From positions 61,504,001-61,568,000 of the forward strand of contig NC_043005.1 in the NCBI RefSeq assembly GCF_006345805.1: DNA of 64,000 nucleotides, read 5' to 3'. Positions 39,090 through 52,380 of this stretch are shown here, in pieces; positions within the stretch are counted from its first letter, which is position 1; the number at the start of each line of letters is the position of its first letter. Under the pieces are notes generated by a model that made no database searches, was not told the DNA's origin, and worked only from the letters and a program-made list of their open reading frames with translations. Source of the stretch: Octopus sinensis. Its lineage: Eukaryota. Both the position numbers and the translations under genes were made by a program.

Positions 39090-39560
39090 TGCTATGTCTA
39101 CCGTCTGACTCAGAAGTCAAGTGTATGTCTTCAAGTTTTCTTCGAGGTGACGGGACTGGAACATCTTGTCCATGGTCTACAGGTCACAATGCGGATGGGA
39201 GATGGGTAAACATTTTTGTTCCCCACTCTTCAAGCTGTAGCCCTGCACCTTACAAGAGCAAATGTAGCAGTCATCAATGTAATTTTTAGGTTCTTTCCAT
39301 ATCATAGGGACTCCGAAACAAGAATACATCTTTGTACATTTTGTCCATCGTCTTATCTGTTCAACATAAATTAGCAAGTTTTATGAGGAAAACGCTTCTG
39401 ATCTTGGCCTCCTGTTTTCACACCAAAATAGACATCGTAGATTTTTTTTATAAATTCGGTAATGTCTCTGACATTTCTCAGGCATGAACTTGCTACAAAT
39501 GTAACGAAGTTATCCAAGTTTGATACACGTTCTTCTAGAAGGCAACCTTGCCTCAAATGA
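39090..39560 (-). pseudogene. N-terminal relic of a Chapaev-like (CMC) transposase
   Basis: ORF track shows ITEFIKKIYDVYFGVKTGGQDQKRFPHKTC and FGVPMIWKEPKNYIDDCYICSCKVQG. This resembles the Cys-rich N-terminus of Chapaev3-type transposases; the superfamily is assigned from memory of the motif. Confidence 0.6.
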
Positions 39561-40170
39561 TGTGGATTTATTTAAGGGAAGATATATTTTAAACAACATA
39601 TATTTGATTTACCATCTAAATGTGTACACAATATAAGAGAAGCATTGAAATTTAGCGTACGATACCATAAAACAAAGTATGTAACATAATTACAATGAAA
39701 AAAAGGCACAAGTAAAACAATTACAATAAGAAAGGTACTTTAACTTAAACAAAGTAACTTCGTAAAGTGCGTCTTTCTCTCCTCGGTGCTTGAGGATGAC
39801 TTGACTGAAGCTACAGGGATACAGGCACGTCCGTGTGTAGCTGCAGCGGTCTAGACGTTACCGGGTGCTTATTTACGCCTAAAGTTATACTGTTATAGCC
39901 TATTCATATATGGTAATCAATCGTAATAATAAAAGACAATAGTAACAATAAAAACAATAGTCAAATTCAGGCTTAACGGTAAAATGCAATGACCGATTTT
40001 GTGAAGAAATTGTAGTCGAAAATGTTTGTAACTTTTGTAATTAGCAAGTTAAAATTGATAAGTTTTACCCAGTAAATACGAAACAATATTTTGGTCGCAT
40101 ATCTGTGTTATTATATTGATTATTATAGTTATTATCACCATCATCGTCATTATTATTATCATTGTTGTTA

Positions 40171-42560
40171 TAGGTTATTCTGAAAGACTCTTGGACAGTT
40201 CTTACCACTTATTTGTCACTTGAAAGCATGCAATGCCTTCTCCTCTGTCTCGAAGAGACAACACTCCCCTTAGAATGCGAGCTGTACCCAACAATGCTGT
40301 CTTCTAGATCACCACGAGCCCGACACTAGTTTCAATATTCTTAATATGTTTTTCAAAGCCCTTGGAAACAGCTCCTAATGCTCCAATTACCACCGGTATC
40401 ACCATTACTTTCCTCATGCTCCATAACTTTCCTATCTCGTCCTGCATTGCCTGGTATTTCTCAATCTTTTCTGTTTCCTTACATTTCATCCTCGAATCGC
40501 CTGGTATTGCTACATCTATTAACTTTGCTTCTTATTCATCTTTTTGGACGATCACGATATTTGGCCGTCTGGTCTCTATGACTTGGTGGCACTGTATTAA
40601 AATCCCAGAGCATTTTGTATTGTTCGCTTTCCATTACTCCTTCTGGCTTGCGTTCATACCATTGTTCGTCTATCTCGAGGTTTGCTTTACTACACAACAC
40701 AGCCAGTGGGCATATCTGACCACATTGTCATGTATCCTTTTGTATTTGCATTGTGCGAGCTTACAGCACTCACTAACAACATGGCTTATACTTTATCTCT
40801 TCTCAGAACACGTCCTACACTGTGGCGAGTCAGTGCTTTTATCACTGTGATATTTGGAGTAGTTAGTTCTGGGAGATTGTTCTTGAATGCTGCACACTAA
40901 TGCCTCAGAGGGTAGTTTTAAGTCTCCTTCCTACAGCCATTGCTAGGTTCTATTCCAATCAATCTCATCGTTATTCTTCAAGAACTGACAGTGCATTTTC
41001 TTGTCCTGCCAAATTTTCTTCATCTGCTTTTTCTAGTCTTTCTTAAATTGTGTTGGATCTACAGCTTCGTTCCACTATCCTTACGTCTACACCCCTTTTG
41101 TTCCACTGGTATTAAGTAATTCTCATTTAGGTACTTATAGATGCTGTTTGATATGATGCCCGTCATCGGTTTCCGCATCAGTGGCAAACAAGATATTAGT
41201 CGTAAATTTCCAACAGAATTCTCTTTATTCGGGTCCTTCTGCATAGTACCGTTCTTCCTTTTGTCATTCAGGCCCCTACTTGGATGTCATTACTCAGTAT
41301 TTCGTCCATCTGTCTAACAATTCTCCTGTGCAGAGCTGTCAAGTTTTTAAGCCAAAAGACCTGAACCCCATCTGGGCCAGGCGCTTTCCAGTTAAGAATT
41401 TTCCTGCACTGATCTCTAATCATCTCCTCGATTATTCTCAAATCCTCCTGCTGATACTCTCTACTCTCCTCTTTGAGTGTCTTTAACCAGTCTGCTTCAT
41501 GTTCGTTTTGTTTCTACTGAAACCACATGCTTGACCAGAATCTTTTGCTTTCTGCAGCATCCGGCACGGCTTTTTCACCTTTTTCTTTCCCATCCAGTTC
41601 CTCATAGACTCGTTTCTGATTTTGTTCGAAAAGTCTATTTAATCTGTGCTGCACAATTCTCTGTTCATATCTCTTTAGTTTATGTGCTTTAGCTTTCAAC
41701 CGCTGTTTTAATTCCTCGATCACAACATTGATTCCCTTTCTCTTCACCCTATACTTCCTCTCTAGCTCAACATATTTCTCCCGCTGAACTTCGTATTAAT
41801 ATATTTCCTGGTTTCGTTAATAGGCAGCATGATTCTCCTTTTCCGCCATGGTTCCTTCAGATTATGTTGACATTTACCTTCGGCTTCCAAACCTAACTTC
41901 TTGGCTCTAAAGATCGAGATTACATTTATCAGATTATTGGTGTTTGTGATATTGTCAGTCCTGATATCACTAGTGATAACATTTATCTTCCTGATCCATT
42001 CATTAAGTTTCTTTCTGTCTACTTTTTTAAACCCCGTATCAAAGCTCTATTCACCAGGGGTCCAAATATCAATGATTTCATTTTAAATGGATATCTGTTC
42101 CTCTGTTCTCTCATCGCTTTCCTGATCAATAATCTCAGCCTCATGCTCGTTTTCTTTCTTTAACTCTACTGCCATAGTTTCACTATCTGCATTCTCTTCC
42201 TCGTCCTTCCGTTCACCGCTGGTCTTACCACTACTAAGCACACGTCTCAATGCTTTCTAGTTCAACTGGAGATAACCATTCATTCTTTCTGATGGCTCTA
42301 GCTTGGTCACACATAATTTATTCACTTAATTCAAATAGGCCTCTCCCGCTTCATGCCCTGTGCATTTTTGTCCAATATCCCCTAGCGAGTACTTCATTGT
42401 CATTTCTCGGATTACCCAGAAAGTAGCACTCCATGCAGCCACATTCATTTCTTTCGTCCGCCTTCTTTTACCAGTTGTTTGATGACGACTGGGCTCACGC
42501 TGCTCACCCGTGGGACACCCGCGGGCGAGAAACCATCACAAGGTGTTCCAGTCTCATTCA
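40171..42560 (-). mobile_element. Degenerate R4/Dong-clade non-LTR retrotransposon (RLE type) with the RT core deleted
   Basis: N-terminal RRTKEMNVA-like motif, KENSVGNLRLISCLPL and EQKGCRR pre-RT motifs, a decayed Cys/His knuckle region, and RLE motifs (TRRPNIVIV, IDVAIPGD, EKIEKYQ, IPVVIGALG). The 3' end runs into a TAA-like tract. Confidence 0.85.
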
Positions 42561-43485
42561 CGCTGTTCTCATTTTTATTTGACGTTTCAGCACTCTTGAT
42601 GAGGATTAGTGAATTTTAGATTGCACAACCACCAGTATTTTTCCCGTGATACCATCAGTGACAGGATCTCCACCCTAGGATATGGAATTCCTACGATTTC
42701 CACACAATCTGGAAGATTCAAATATATATTATATCCTCACAATATCTGGAACCCTGTTAGAAAAAGCGTGGAGGCTTCGACTGGTACATTTTGTAGTAAT
42801 ACATACTTTAAGTGATTATAATCATTTGTGACAGCAAAACATAGACATTGAAAGACATATACGTATATGTCTCTGCTGCATTTGTCATTTACATCGACAT
42901 CGTTGTCATTGTTGTTGCTGCTGTTGTTGTTGTTTGTTGTTGTTCTTCTTTAACCCCAAGTAAACTGTAATCAAGCAGATCAATAATAAGATACCTTCCG
43001 CTCTTCATTATCCCATCATTTTTATAGAGGAAAGTGGCGAGGCCTACTAGTTTGATTTATAAATATTTAACTGCTATTTCTAGTCGTGCTAGATGACTTC
43101 TTAGAACATTCTTCACATTGACTTGTATATACAAATATTGATGAACGAAGTGAAACAGCTGTGTTGGATATGAAATGTCAAATAACAAGAAAGACAAAGA
43201 AAAGCATTGTTTTCAGTAAGTAAACATAGATCAAAAATACGTTCAAAGTTGATGACTTCGAATAAATTTGTATGCTATGTGTTTTAAGAGAGTGGAGGAA
43301 AAGAAATCTGAGGTTTCGAGTTTGACCCTTCGTTTGAGAAGGAAAAAAAATCTCTTCGACTGAAATTTCTCTCAACAAGAAACATCTCGAAAGCTCAAAA
43401 TTCTCTTCGCCACTATCTCCACCGCCTTAATAACAAAGTACAAACGATACAATTCACTGTTTTCAGCAAAAGGTATAAGTGTATT

Positions 43486-43706
43486 AAGGCGGCGAACTGG
43501 CAGAAACGTTAGCATGCCGGGCGAAATGCGTAGCCGTATTTCGTCTGCCGTTATGTTCTGAGTTCAAATTCCGGCGAGGTCAGCTTTGCCCTTCATCCTT
43601 TCGGGGTCGATTAAATAAGTACCAGTTACGCACTGGGGTCGATATAATCGACTTAATCCGTTTGTCTCGTCTGTGTTTAGCCCCTTGAGGGTAGTAAAGA
43701 AATAGG
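43486..43706 (+). mobile_element. SINE family B, full length
   Basis: Canonical head and tail. AGGTATAAGTG occurs at 43471-43481 and 43704-43714, probably the TSD. Confidence 0.88.
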
Positions 43707-44039
43707 TATAAGTGAATGTGTGCATGCGTGCGTGTGTGTGTGTGTGTGTGTGTATTATGTATTGTTACCTCCATCGGGTAGTAGTTCATTTCATTAAGAT
43801 TTTACCTATGCACGCACGACTTCTCTTTCCACGCCATCGATGTCACCCAGAATAAACACTGTTGCTTTAGTGTCGGTGCAGCTGGGTAGCAGTATCCTTT
43901 CAGATGTTATTGTCAAAACGCAAAATATTGCAAAAGATACCGTAGTGCATTTCACCCGACGCTATATAACAGTTTTACCAGCCCCACTGCTCAGGATCGT
44001 GAATCTTTATTGATTTCTGTAAGGATTAAAGGTAACGAC

Positions 44040-44320
44040 CAACCTTAAGTGTGATTTGGACTTTGAGAATCGGAAGAAATATCATAAGTTATTCTTCACA
44101 ACGCTCTCTCGTTTCTGCCAGTTGGCTGTTTTGTATTATCTGACACACACAGCAGTGAAAAAGGCGTTGGTGAATTGTTGATATCACTAAGGGTGGTGTT
44201 CTTAGACGATCACCCTTAGTGTGATTTGAACTTTGAGAATCGGAATAAATGCCATAAGTCATTCTACATAACGATCTAACGTGTCTGCCAGTTGGCAATT
44301 TTGAATTATCTGACACACAT
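44040..44320. repeat. Diverged ~175-bp-period direct duplication of old SINE-like sequence
   Basis: GTGTGATTTG.ACTTTGAGAATCGGAA and TCTGCCAGTTGGC..ATTATCTGACACACA each occur twice. Confidence 0.75.
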
Positions 44321-46497
44321 TTTGCTGGTAGTTGATGATATTGGGTTGGGGCATAATTATTGCGGCTTTTTTTTCAACAAATTTTATTCAACAAAAACAA
44401 TAACAACATATAACAAAAACATCCGGAGCATATTCACCATCTACTTCAATTACTGCCTCCCATTGCCTTGGCAGACGACCAAACCATCATTTAAAGATGT
44501 TTTTGTTAAATATTGTTATTGTCTTTGTTGAATGAGATTTGTTGAAAGAAAGCCACAATACTTATACACTAAACCCAATACTATAGTGTTTGAGACAAAG
44601 TCACAGAATGAAAATCATAAATTCAGTTAAATAAAAATTTACATTTTATTTAAATACTATCATAATTAAAGTAATAAAACAAAAATACTTCAAATCTTTT
44701 ATTAATTGACAATGCGTGACTTGTACACAATTTATATACGATGGCATTAGACATACGTGAATACAAAAACTTTTTATTTAATTTATTGAGTAAAGTAAAA
44801 CGATGAAAGAAAATTTTAAGCCAGTCATTTATTGAGAATAAATATGTACAGATTGGAATTAACTTACATAGCACGGTAGCATTACGTGTATATTCAGTAT
44901 TTTTAATGTCGATGGCTAAGATGACTATTCCAGCCGACACTACTAAGAAAATCTGCCTCGGTCTTGTGGTTCTCCAATGTATTTCCAATGCTTTTTGCTT
45001 GTGTGGATTTTTTTGTGATATTTTTCCTGTATCTTTTCCTTTGACTTTTTTCCTGGATTCGATACTATAATGTCTGTCTTGGCTATCCACGTCGGTGCTA
45101 CAAACAATGAGACAAACAAGCTAAAAGAATATTTTGCGGGGGAAATACTGTATAATACTTGCAGTATTGTTGATAGGAAAGGAAGAAAAATTTAAATATG
45201 TTTACGTAAGTCAAATTATTCATTCACAGACGTTCCTCCTCAAAATATATTTCAGTAAAATCATGCATATTAACATGCTAGGTTGGGTGGGGTGGTGAGA
45301 ACTTTGCTGCGCTGATGTTTTGCTACTGGTCGACTGTAATCGAGTAGACTCAAAATATGCAGCGGATCAATTGTGACCACCCATCCTGTATTTTGCATAG
45401 CTGGGATCACAATGTTTGTTGTGATCCCAATGTTTGTTCTGTTCTTTGTTTAATGCTGCAAAATTTCTCATCGGTATGACCTTAAACTGCATCCGCTAGC
45501 GTGGCCCTGGTTCGAGGATTCCAGGATTTTGAGCAGAGTGGAACCATATTTCAGCCTCCATTTTACCCAGGTTACATCTGACCCGGAGTAGTAGCACCTA
45601 TCAGGCTCCCAGCTATGGGTTATTTAGCGTATTATGGATTGCCTACACATGCATGTGAAGACTGGATCCGGCTGACTCTGCCGAAGAACCATCGATGAAG
45701 GCGGCTGCAGTAATACGTAGTATAATGCAGAGAGCCAGAGAAAGCAAGTTAGATACCTTGGTCGTCCTCTGCATATTTTTCCAATCCTTGTAGTTTTAAC
45801 CTGATCTTCCAGCTGGACTGAAGATGATCACCAACAAGAGTGTAAGGTTGATGGTGCACAAACCTTCATTTTTAATTAAGTCAACTCATATATCAATAGT
45901 CGTCCTTAACGATCACTACACGGTCCTCGTTGCTCTGAGAAACTAACAGGAATATAGTTTGATCTCAGAGAAGTTTAGCTGCTATTTCTAGTAACTTAGG
46001 CGACTGTGTTGTGATTCTCTTTTTACTTCATTGAAGCAGAATTAGATAACTGACCTTAGAATGTATACGTTTGTGTGAGTGTGTGGGAATGTCTGTGTGT
46101 GCATGTTTGCGTGCGCGCGCGTGAACATTCTGTGTCTATATAGATGTATGAATGTATATGTGTGTGTGTGCGTGCGAGTGATTGTCAAGTCCTTGGCAAG
46201 TGACGTTGGTTCGTTTACGTTCCCTTAACCTTGCAGTTCGACAACAGTCTGATAGAATAACAGCTTTTACTCGACTTGCTCGACTAAATCTCTGTGGTAT
46301 TCCAGCTAGGCTGCACTCAGATGTCCGGAGGAAGTAATAGATAGATAGATGGGTAGATAGATAGGTAGATAGATAGATAGTTAGATAGATAGTTAGATAC
46401 ATACATACATACATACATACATACATACATACATAGACGGATGGACGGACGGTTAGTTAGGTCGATAGGTAGGTAGATGGATGGATGAATTGATAGG

Positions 46498-46574
<77 letters not shown>

Positions 46575-47040
46575 CATTCAGGCATACATACACTCACACT
46601 ACACACGCGCGCGCATACGCACGTGCATACATACACACACACACACACACCTATGTGCGTAGATGAAAATTAATAAATCAAACGAACTCGGTCTGTTGCT
46701 GCCAACACCTCTCATGTTTTTCAACAGTTCACTAATTAACTATTAAAATAAATCTTAATGAAACAGCATTGATTCAAGGCAAAATTAATTGAAATCTAAT
46801 AAGAGATAAGATTTGGAAGCGAAATCCACAGAGCATTACGAGTAGCTGTGAAGTTTCTCATGAGAACCTATTTTACAACGAAGTGTATCTTCGTTTGTAT
46901 TTGTTCTGGTTCGATCAAATATACCTATACCGTATATCAAACGAACGTTGAAGTGAACTATGACATTTGTCTCTTTTGATTCAGTTGTCAAACTACCGCC
47001 GTCATCACAGTCCTTACTTACACACACGCACACAAACACC

Positions 47041-47138
<98 letters not shown>

Positions 47139-47794
47139 ATACGTACGTTCATAAGTCTATCTACTGCTTTTGGTGTGTCACACATAATTGTCTCTCTGTT
47201 CCACTAAGCCAGAGAGAGATACAAACATACACAGATAAAGTTAGGAAAACTAAACCAAAGCCAGAGGTAGAAGATAAACAGAGTTGACGTCACATAAATA
47301 TACCACAGCCATCACTGCTTTACCTCTTCTTGCCCACTGTTTCTTTCTCTATTCGGCAGTTGCATACTTCAAGAAGAAAAGAGAAAGATTTACAAACGTA
47401 TTCTATTTCACCACCATCACAGCAAGTTCTGGTTTGAAGTTTTGGCTGTTATTTCTCAGAATATATTCTCTGGACAATTTCTCTATAAGGCCGTGCGTGA
47501 ATACATGTATATAGTTCTCTAGCTGTTCGTTTTGAAGTTTCTGATTTCGTTATCATTACAACCATAATTATTAGAACGAATACACTTTATTCTGATAATT
47601 GTTATGGCAGAGGTAGTCGTACTTTTGTCCATTTCCTCCATTCATGTCACCTCGAACAATACAAAATGCCTCTTCTATATACAGTTGCAATAAAACATTC
47701 CCACACGCAATATTATGGCATGTGATCATATCATGATTCTTTGAACATGTACCCCAGGATATACAATACATACATAATATTATACACACATATA

Positions 47795-48201
47795 TTTTCC
47801 TTAACCTTTTACTTGTTTCTGTTATTAGATTGCGACCATGGTGAGGCACCGTTATAAAATTTTGGTCAAATGAATCGACCCCAGTACTTATTTTTAAAGC
47901 CTGGTACTTATTCTATCAGTTTCTTTTGCCAAATCGCTAGGTTACGAGGACGTAAACGCACCAATACCGATTGTCAGCTTGTGATGGGGGGACAAACACA
48001 CACACACACACACAGAGTTATATATACATATAACAATTTCGGGTTTCTTTGAGTTTCCGTCCACCAACTCCACTCACAAGACTTTGGTTGGACCGAGGTT
48101 ATTAAAAGAAGACACATGCCCAAGGTGTCGCGCAGTGGAACTGAACCACTGAACTATGTGGTTGGAAAGCAAGCTTATTACCACTCACTCACACCTGCAC
48201 C
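47795..48201 (-). mobile_element. SINE family A, diverged full-length copy
   Basis: Tail, internal (CA)n tract and head (CACACCTGCACC) in minus orientation. Confidence 0.8.
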
Positions 48202-48224
48202 TACATATATATATATATATATAT

Positions 48225-48345
48225 AATCAAAATAAGCAACAGGATGTAGTGATGTAGTACGACCGTTTCAAGCGCGCTCCATTTAATTGAATAATGCAAA
48301 CACTACCTCAGCTACACAAACAAATAAATGGAATTCTAACAAGTG
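48225..48345 (-). repeat. Dispersed repeat, copy 1 (possible Penelope-like pLTR fragment with a hammerhead-like motif)
   Basis: AATCAAAATAAGCAAC...AGTACGACCGTTTCAAGCG..CTCCATTTA.TTGAA is shared with 52381-52530. Confidence 0.55.
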
Positions 48346-48468
48346 GAACACAATAATATAATTTTTGTCAAATATTTTAACAGAGCAAGAAGATGGATGA
48401 AATTCACGTTGTCACTATTTTAGCTAAGAATAGACCACAACTTCTAAGAATCGCATGGAGCATGTATG

Positions 48469-48558
<90 letters not shown>

Positions 48559-50294
48559 GTATACATACACACATACAACGGGTTTCCGTAAAGTGTCCAC
48601 CAACCAAATTTATTCACAATGAACTAGGTGTCCCGGGGCTGAAGTACAACACATTAACCTAAGGGGCCGCAGTATGGAGCTGAATCCAGAAACCACATTG
48701 TTGCAAAAAGGGCCTCTTAACCCTACAGCCATGCCTACTCCTAATAATTTTTTTCATTGTGCATCTACCACCCACTCACGACACTAAACAGTATTGTAAT
48801 TAATAAAACGTCAGATGTTGACCAGGAATTTTGAGCAGTTGTTATAAACTTGACAAGGATTTTATGCCAAACTCTCTCCAAGATTAGTCTTTATTTAAGA
48901 TTACAAAAGCTACAGTTAGTTTTACTGACGAAGCAGCTGTGTTCATAACATGAAATGCTGTATTACTAGTGGTCTGCCATATTCCGTACTCTTTCACTGT
49001 TATGTTAAAATTGATTACTACCATTTAAGCTTAATTTAAAACCATTTGCTCTTATTCACAAAATAGCTATTATAGACATTGTAAAACTATCTTATACAAT
49101 ACATCTATTATACAAAAGATAATTACTAAACACAACTTCATAATTACTATACACAACATATAAAGATCCAAACATTAAAAATTAGCTATTTTATTAACTA
49201 TAAGGAGAATGTTCATATATATATATATATATTCATCGACTTAAAATCGTTTAAGCGTTATTAAATATATCTCCAAAATATAAATATGACTAAATTATAA
49301 CGTAGCAAGGGTGGTAGAATAAATTATCTTTATTAAAATTTTCAATTCATTTGCTATTGTATTGCAAATATTCTATGAAAATTAAACTCTCAAGTTTTGT
49401 AGTGATACAAAAGCAATCATAAAGCTCTTATATAATCTACTTGACTTTAAGTGTTGTGTTTTTCTATTAAGTTTAAAACCATAATGAACGCTACTGATCA
49501 TAACTGCTTAGTTATTAACAGTATATGCATATGTGTGTGTGTTTGTTTGTGTATGTATATATATGTGCGGGGCCGTGAGATCAATCCTATACATGGTGTC
49601 AGTATATACATATACACGCAGCCCGCCAAATGTTTTTAGTCATTAATAACAATTAAAAAAAACATAATACTACACTTGTTCTTACGAGATTCTAACACAC
49701 GAGGGAGAACTACATCTAGTAATATTACCTCATCTATTAACATTAGCTGATGAAAAATTAGCATAGTTACTTAGGAATAGATGAAAATATTTTCAACTAT
49801 GGAACTTGTAACGAAGGGCTTGTAGCCAGAAAATAGAGTAAAGAAATAGTTTTCAAACCTTTCCATATTCAATAAATGTATAGCCCCGAATGTATCAGTG
49901 TTCATAGGAACATTTACACTGCTCGACTTGAAGTTAGATGAAATTTGGGCAAATTCAAAGATAGTTACACATCAATAGTGATGTAGACCACCATTCATTG
50001 AAACGAATATTCATAAGGCCGCAATAAAGTGATTTAAGGTTGTACGCTAAATGCCTGGACAGGACCACGCGTACAGGCATTGAAGAAGACATTTCCTTTC
50101 AAGTTTACCCTTCGTCCAATACTCTTTAGAAAGTTCTTCGAGGCTGGTATGAACAAAACAAGAGCTTGGTTCAAAAATCTGCAGCACTAGCTTACGTTTA
50201 AGCGGTCGAAAAATTTAAATATTACTATGGTTTCTCGCTTCTTCGCTCACTGTTGATAGGGACAAGTGCGCAAAGAGCCTTGTTATAACTAGCA

Positions 50295-50708
50295 AGGCGG
50301 CGAGCTGGCAGAAACATTTAGCATGCCGGGCGAAATGCTTAGCAGTATTTCGTCTGCCGCTACGTTCTAAGTTCAAATTCCGCCGAGGTCGACTTTGCCT
50401 TTCATCCTTTTGGGGTCGATTAAATAAGTACCTGTTACGCACTGGGGTCGATCGTATCGACTTAATCCCTTTGTCTGTCCTTGTTCGTCCCCTTTATGTT
50501 TAGCTCTTTGTGGGCAATAAAGAAATAAGTATTTCGTGTGCCGCTACGTTCTGAGTTCAAATTCCGCTGAGGTCGACTTTGCCTTTCATCCTTTCGGGGT
50601 CGATTAAATAAGTACCAATTACGCACTGGAGTCGATGTAATCGACTTAATCCGTTTTTCTGTCCTTGTTTGTCCCCTCTGTGTGTCGCCCCTTGTGGGCA
50701 GTAAAGAA
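50295..50708 (+). mobile_element. SINE family B dimer (full copy plus headless copy) inserted as one unit
   Basis: A 15-bp TSD TTGTTATAACTAGCA at 50280-50294 and 50709-50723 encloses both monomers. Confidence 0.92.
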
Positions 50709-51442
50709 TTGTTATAACTAGCATTTGGTCTGGAGGAATAGACTATATAGCGACCGGAAAGAGCAAAAAGTCTTTCGTAAATCGGCATCTTGATTCGTAT
50801 TTCATTACGAATATAAACATTTAAGTGTGATTTTTGTGGCAATAACTGTTTTCTTTCTTTGATATTATTTAATTTATCAAATCTTATACGATATGTGTAT
50901 TTGTGTGTGTGCGCGCGCGCGTATTTGTATGTATATATGTATACTTGGAAGTTAGAAACGAACAAAAAACTTCTCAAAACATATATATATATAATAGTAA
51001 TTATCTATTTCAAAGTGAGGCGCCTTTATGTCGGATATAGGAAACCCTCCGTTTCAAGAAAATAAATACATACGCACACACATACACACACACACGTACA
51101 CATACACATACAAACATACGTTTATTGATTTTTTTTTCTGAATGTCTAGATAGTATCACATTTATTCGGTGTCTATTGTTGAAAACTGTATGTTCCTCTT
51201 AAGTTTACTTAATATGATTATTTCGTATCCCTTTATCATTGATTCAGATATTTTTAGAAGAAAAATCATTATATGATATAGAATTGAAATATACTGTGTT
51301 CAAAAATCCCCACACATATACACACATATATACTTTCACATGCACACATATATGTATACACACGCGTACACACACACGCACACATACACATGTATGCATA
51401 CATGCATCTACATATAGGCATGCACACATACATACATATATG

Positions 51443-51489
<47 letters not shown>

Positions 51490-51814
51490 GCATATATATG
51501 ATATACATCTCTCTCTGTGTATATGTGTGTGTGTGTGAGAGAGAGAGAGTGAGTGAGTGTGCGCACGAGTCGTTCTAACAGTCACCTGGAAGTTTCGGCC
51601 AGCTAAGCTATCGTCTATCCTCAGTAGTTCGACGATGGCTTAGCTGGCCTTAATTTCGAAGTCACTGTCAAGAAAAGTCTTGTATAAGATAAATAAATTT
51701 GTATTCTACAGAAGTACATAGTAATCCATCAGATTAATGTATAAAATTATTTTCGTTTATAACTGAACATAAAAAAAACAAACGTTAATATGTATATGTG
51801 TGTGTGTGTATGTT

Positions 51815-52025
51815 TATGTATGTTTGTCCCCCACCCACCCCACCGTTGCTTGACATCCGATGTTGGTGTGTTTATGTCCCCGTAACTTAGCGGTTCGGCA
51901 AAAGTATCCGACAGAATAATTTCTAGGCTTACAAAGAATCAGTCCTGGGGTTCGATTTGCTCGACTAAATGCTGTGCTCCAGCATGGCCGCAGGGAAATG
52001 ACTGAAAAAAAAATAAATAAAAGAA
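51815..52025 (+). mobile_element. SINE family A, 3' half starting at the internal microsatellite
   Basis: TTTGTCCCCC...TTAGCGGTTCGGCAAAAG...CCAGCATGGCCGCAG tail. Confidence 0.8.
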
Positions 52026-52380
52026 ATGTATGTACGTATGTATGTATGTATGTATGTATGTATGTATGTATGTATGTATGTATGTATGCATGCATATATG
52101 TATGTATGTATATATGTACGTATGTAGATATATATGTATGTGTGTATGTATATCTCGAAATAAGGAGCAGTTAGCGGTTGACAAGGGATTAGACTTCATT
52201 TGGAATTTTGTCCCGTACTTGTTTCTCATTATGTGTTTAAGTATTTTTCACTCGTTGATGATGTCCTCTACCTGATATATCATACATATACATATATTTG
52301 AGATTCAGTTGAACTAGGTACTTTAGTTGAAGTACCAAGTCAATCCGGTATTATCCGTACAGCTCGAAGTAAGGTGAATA

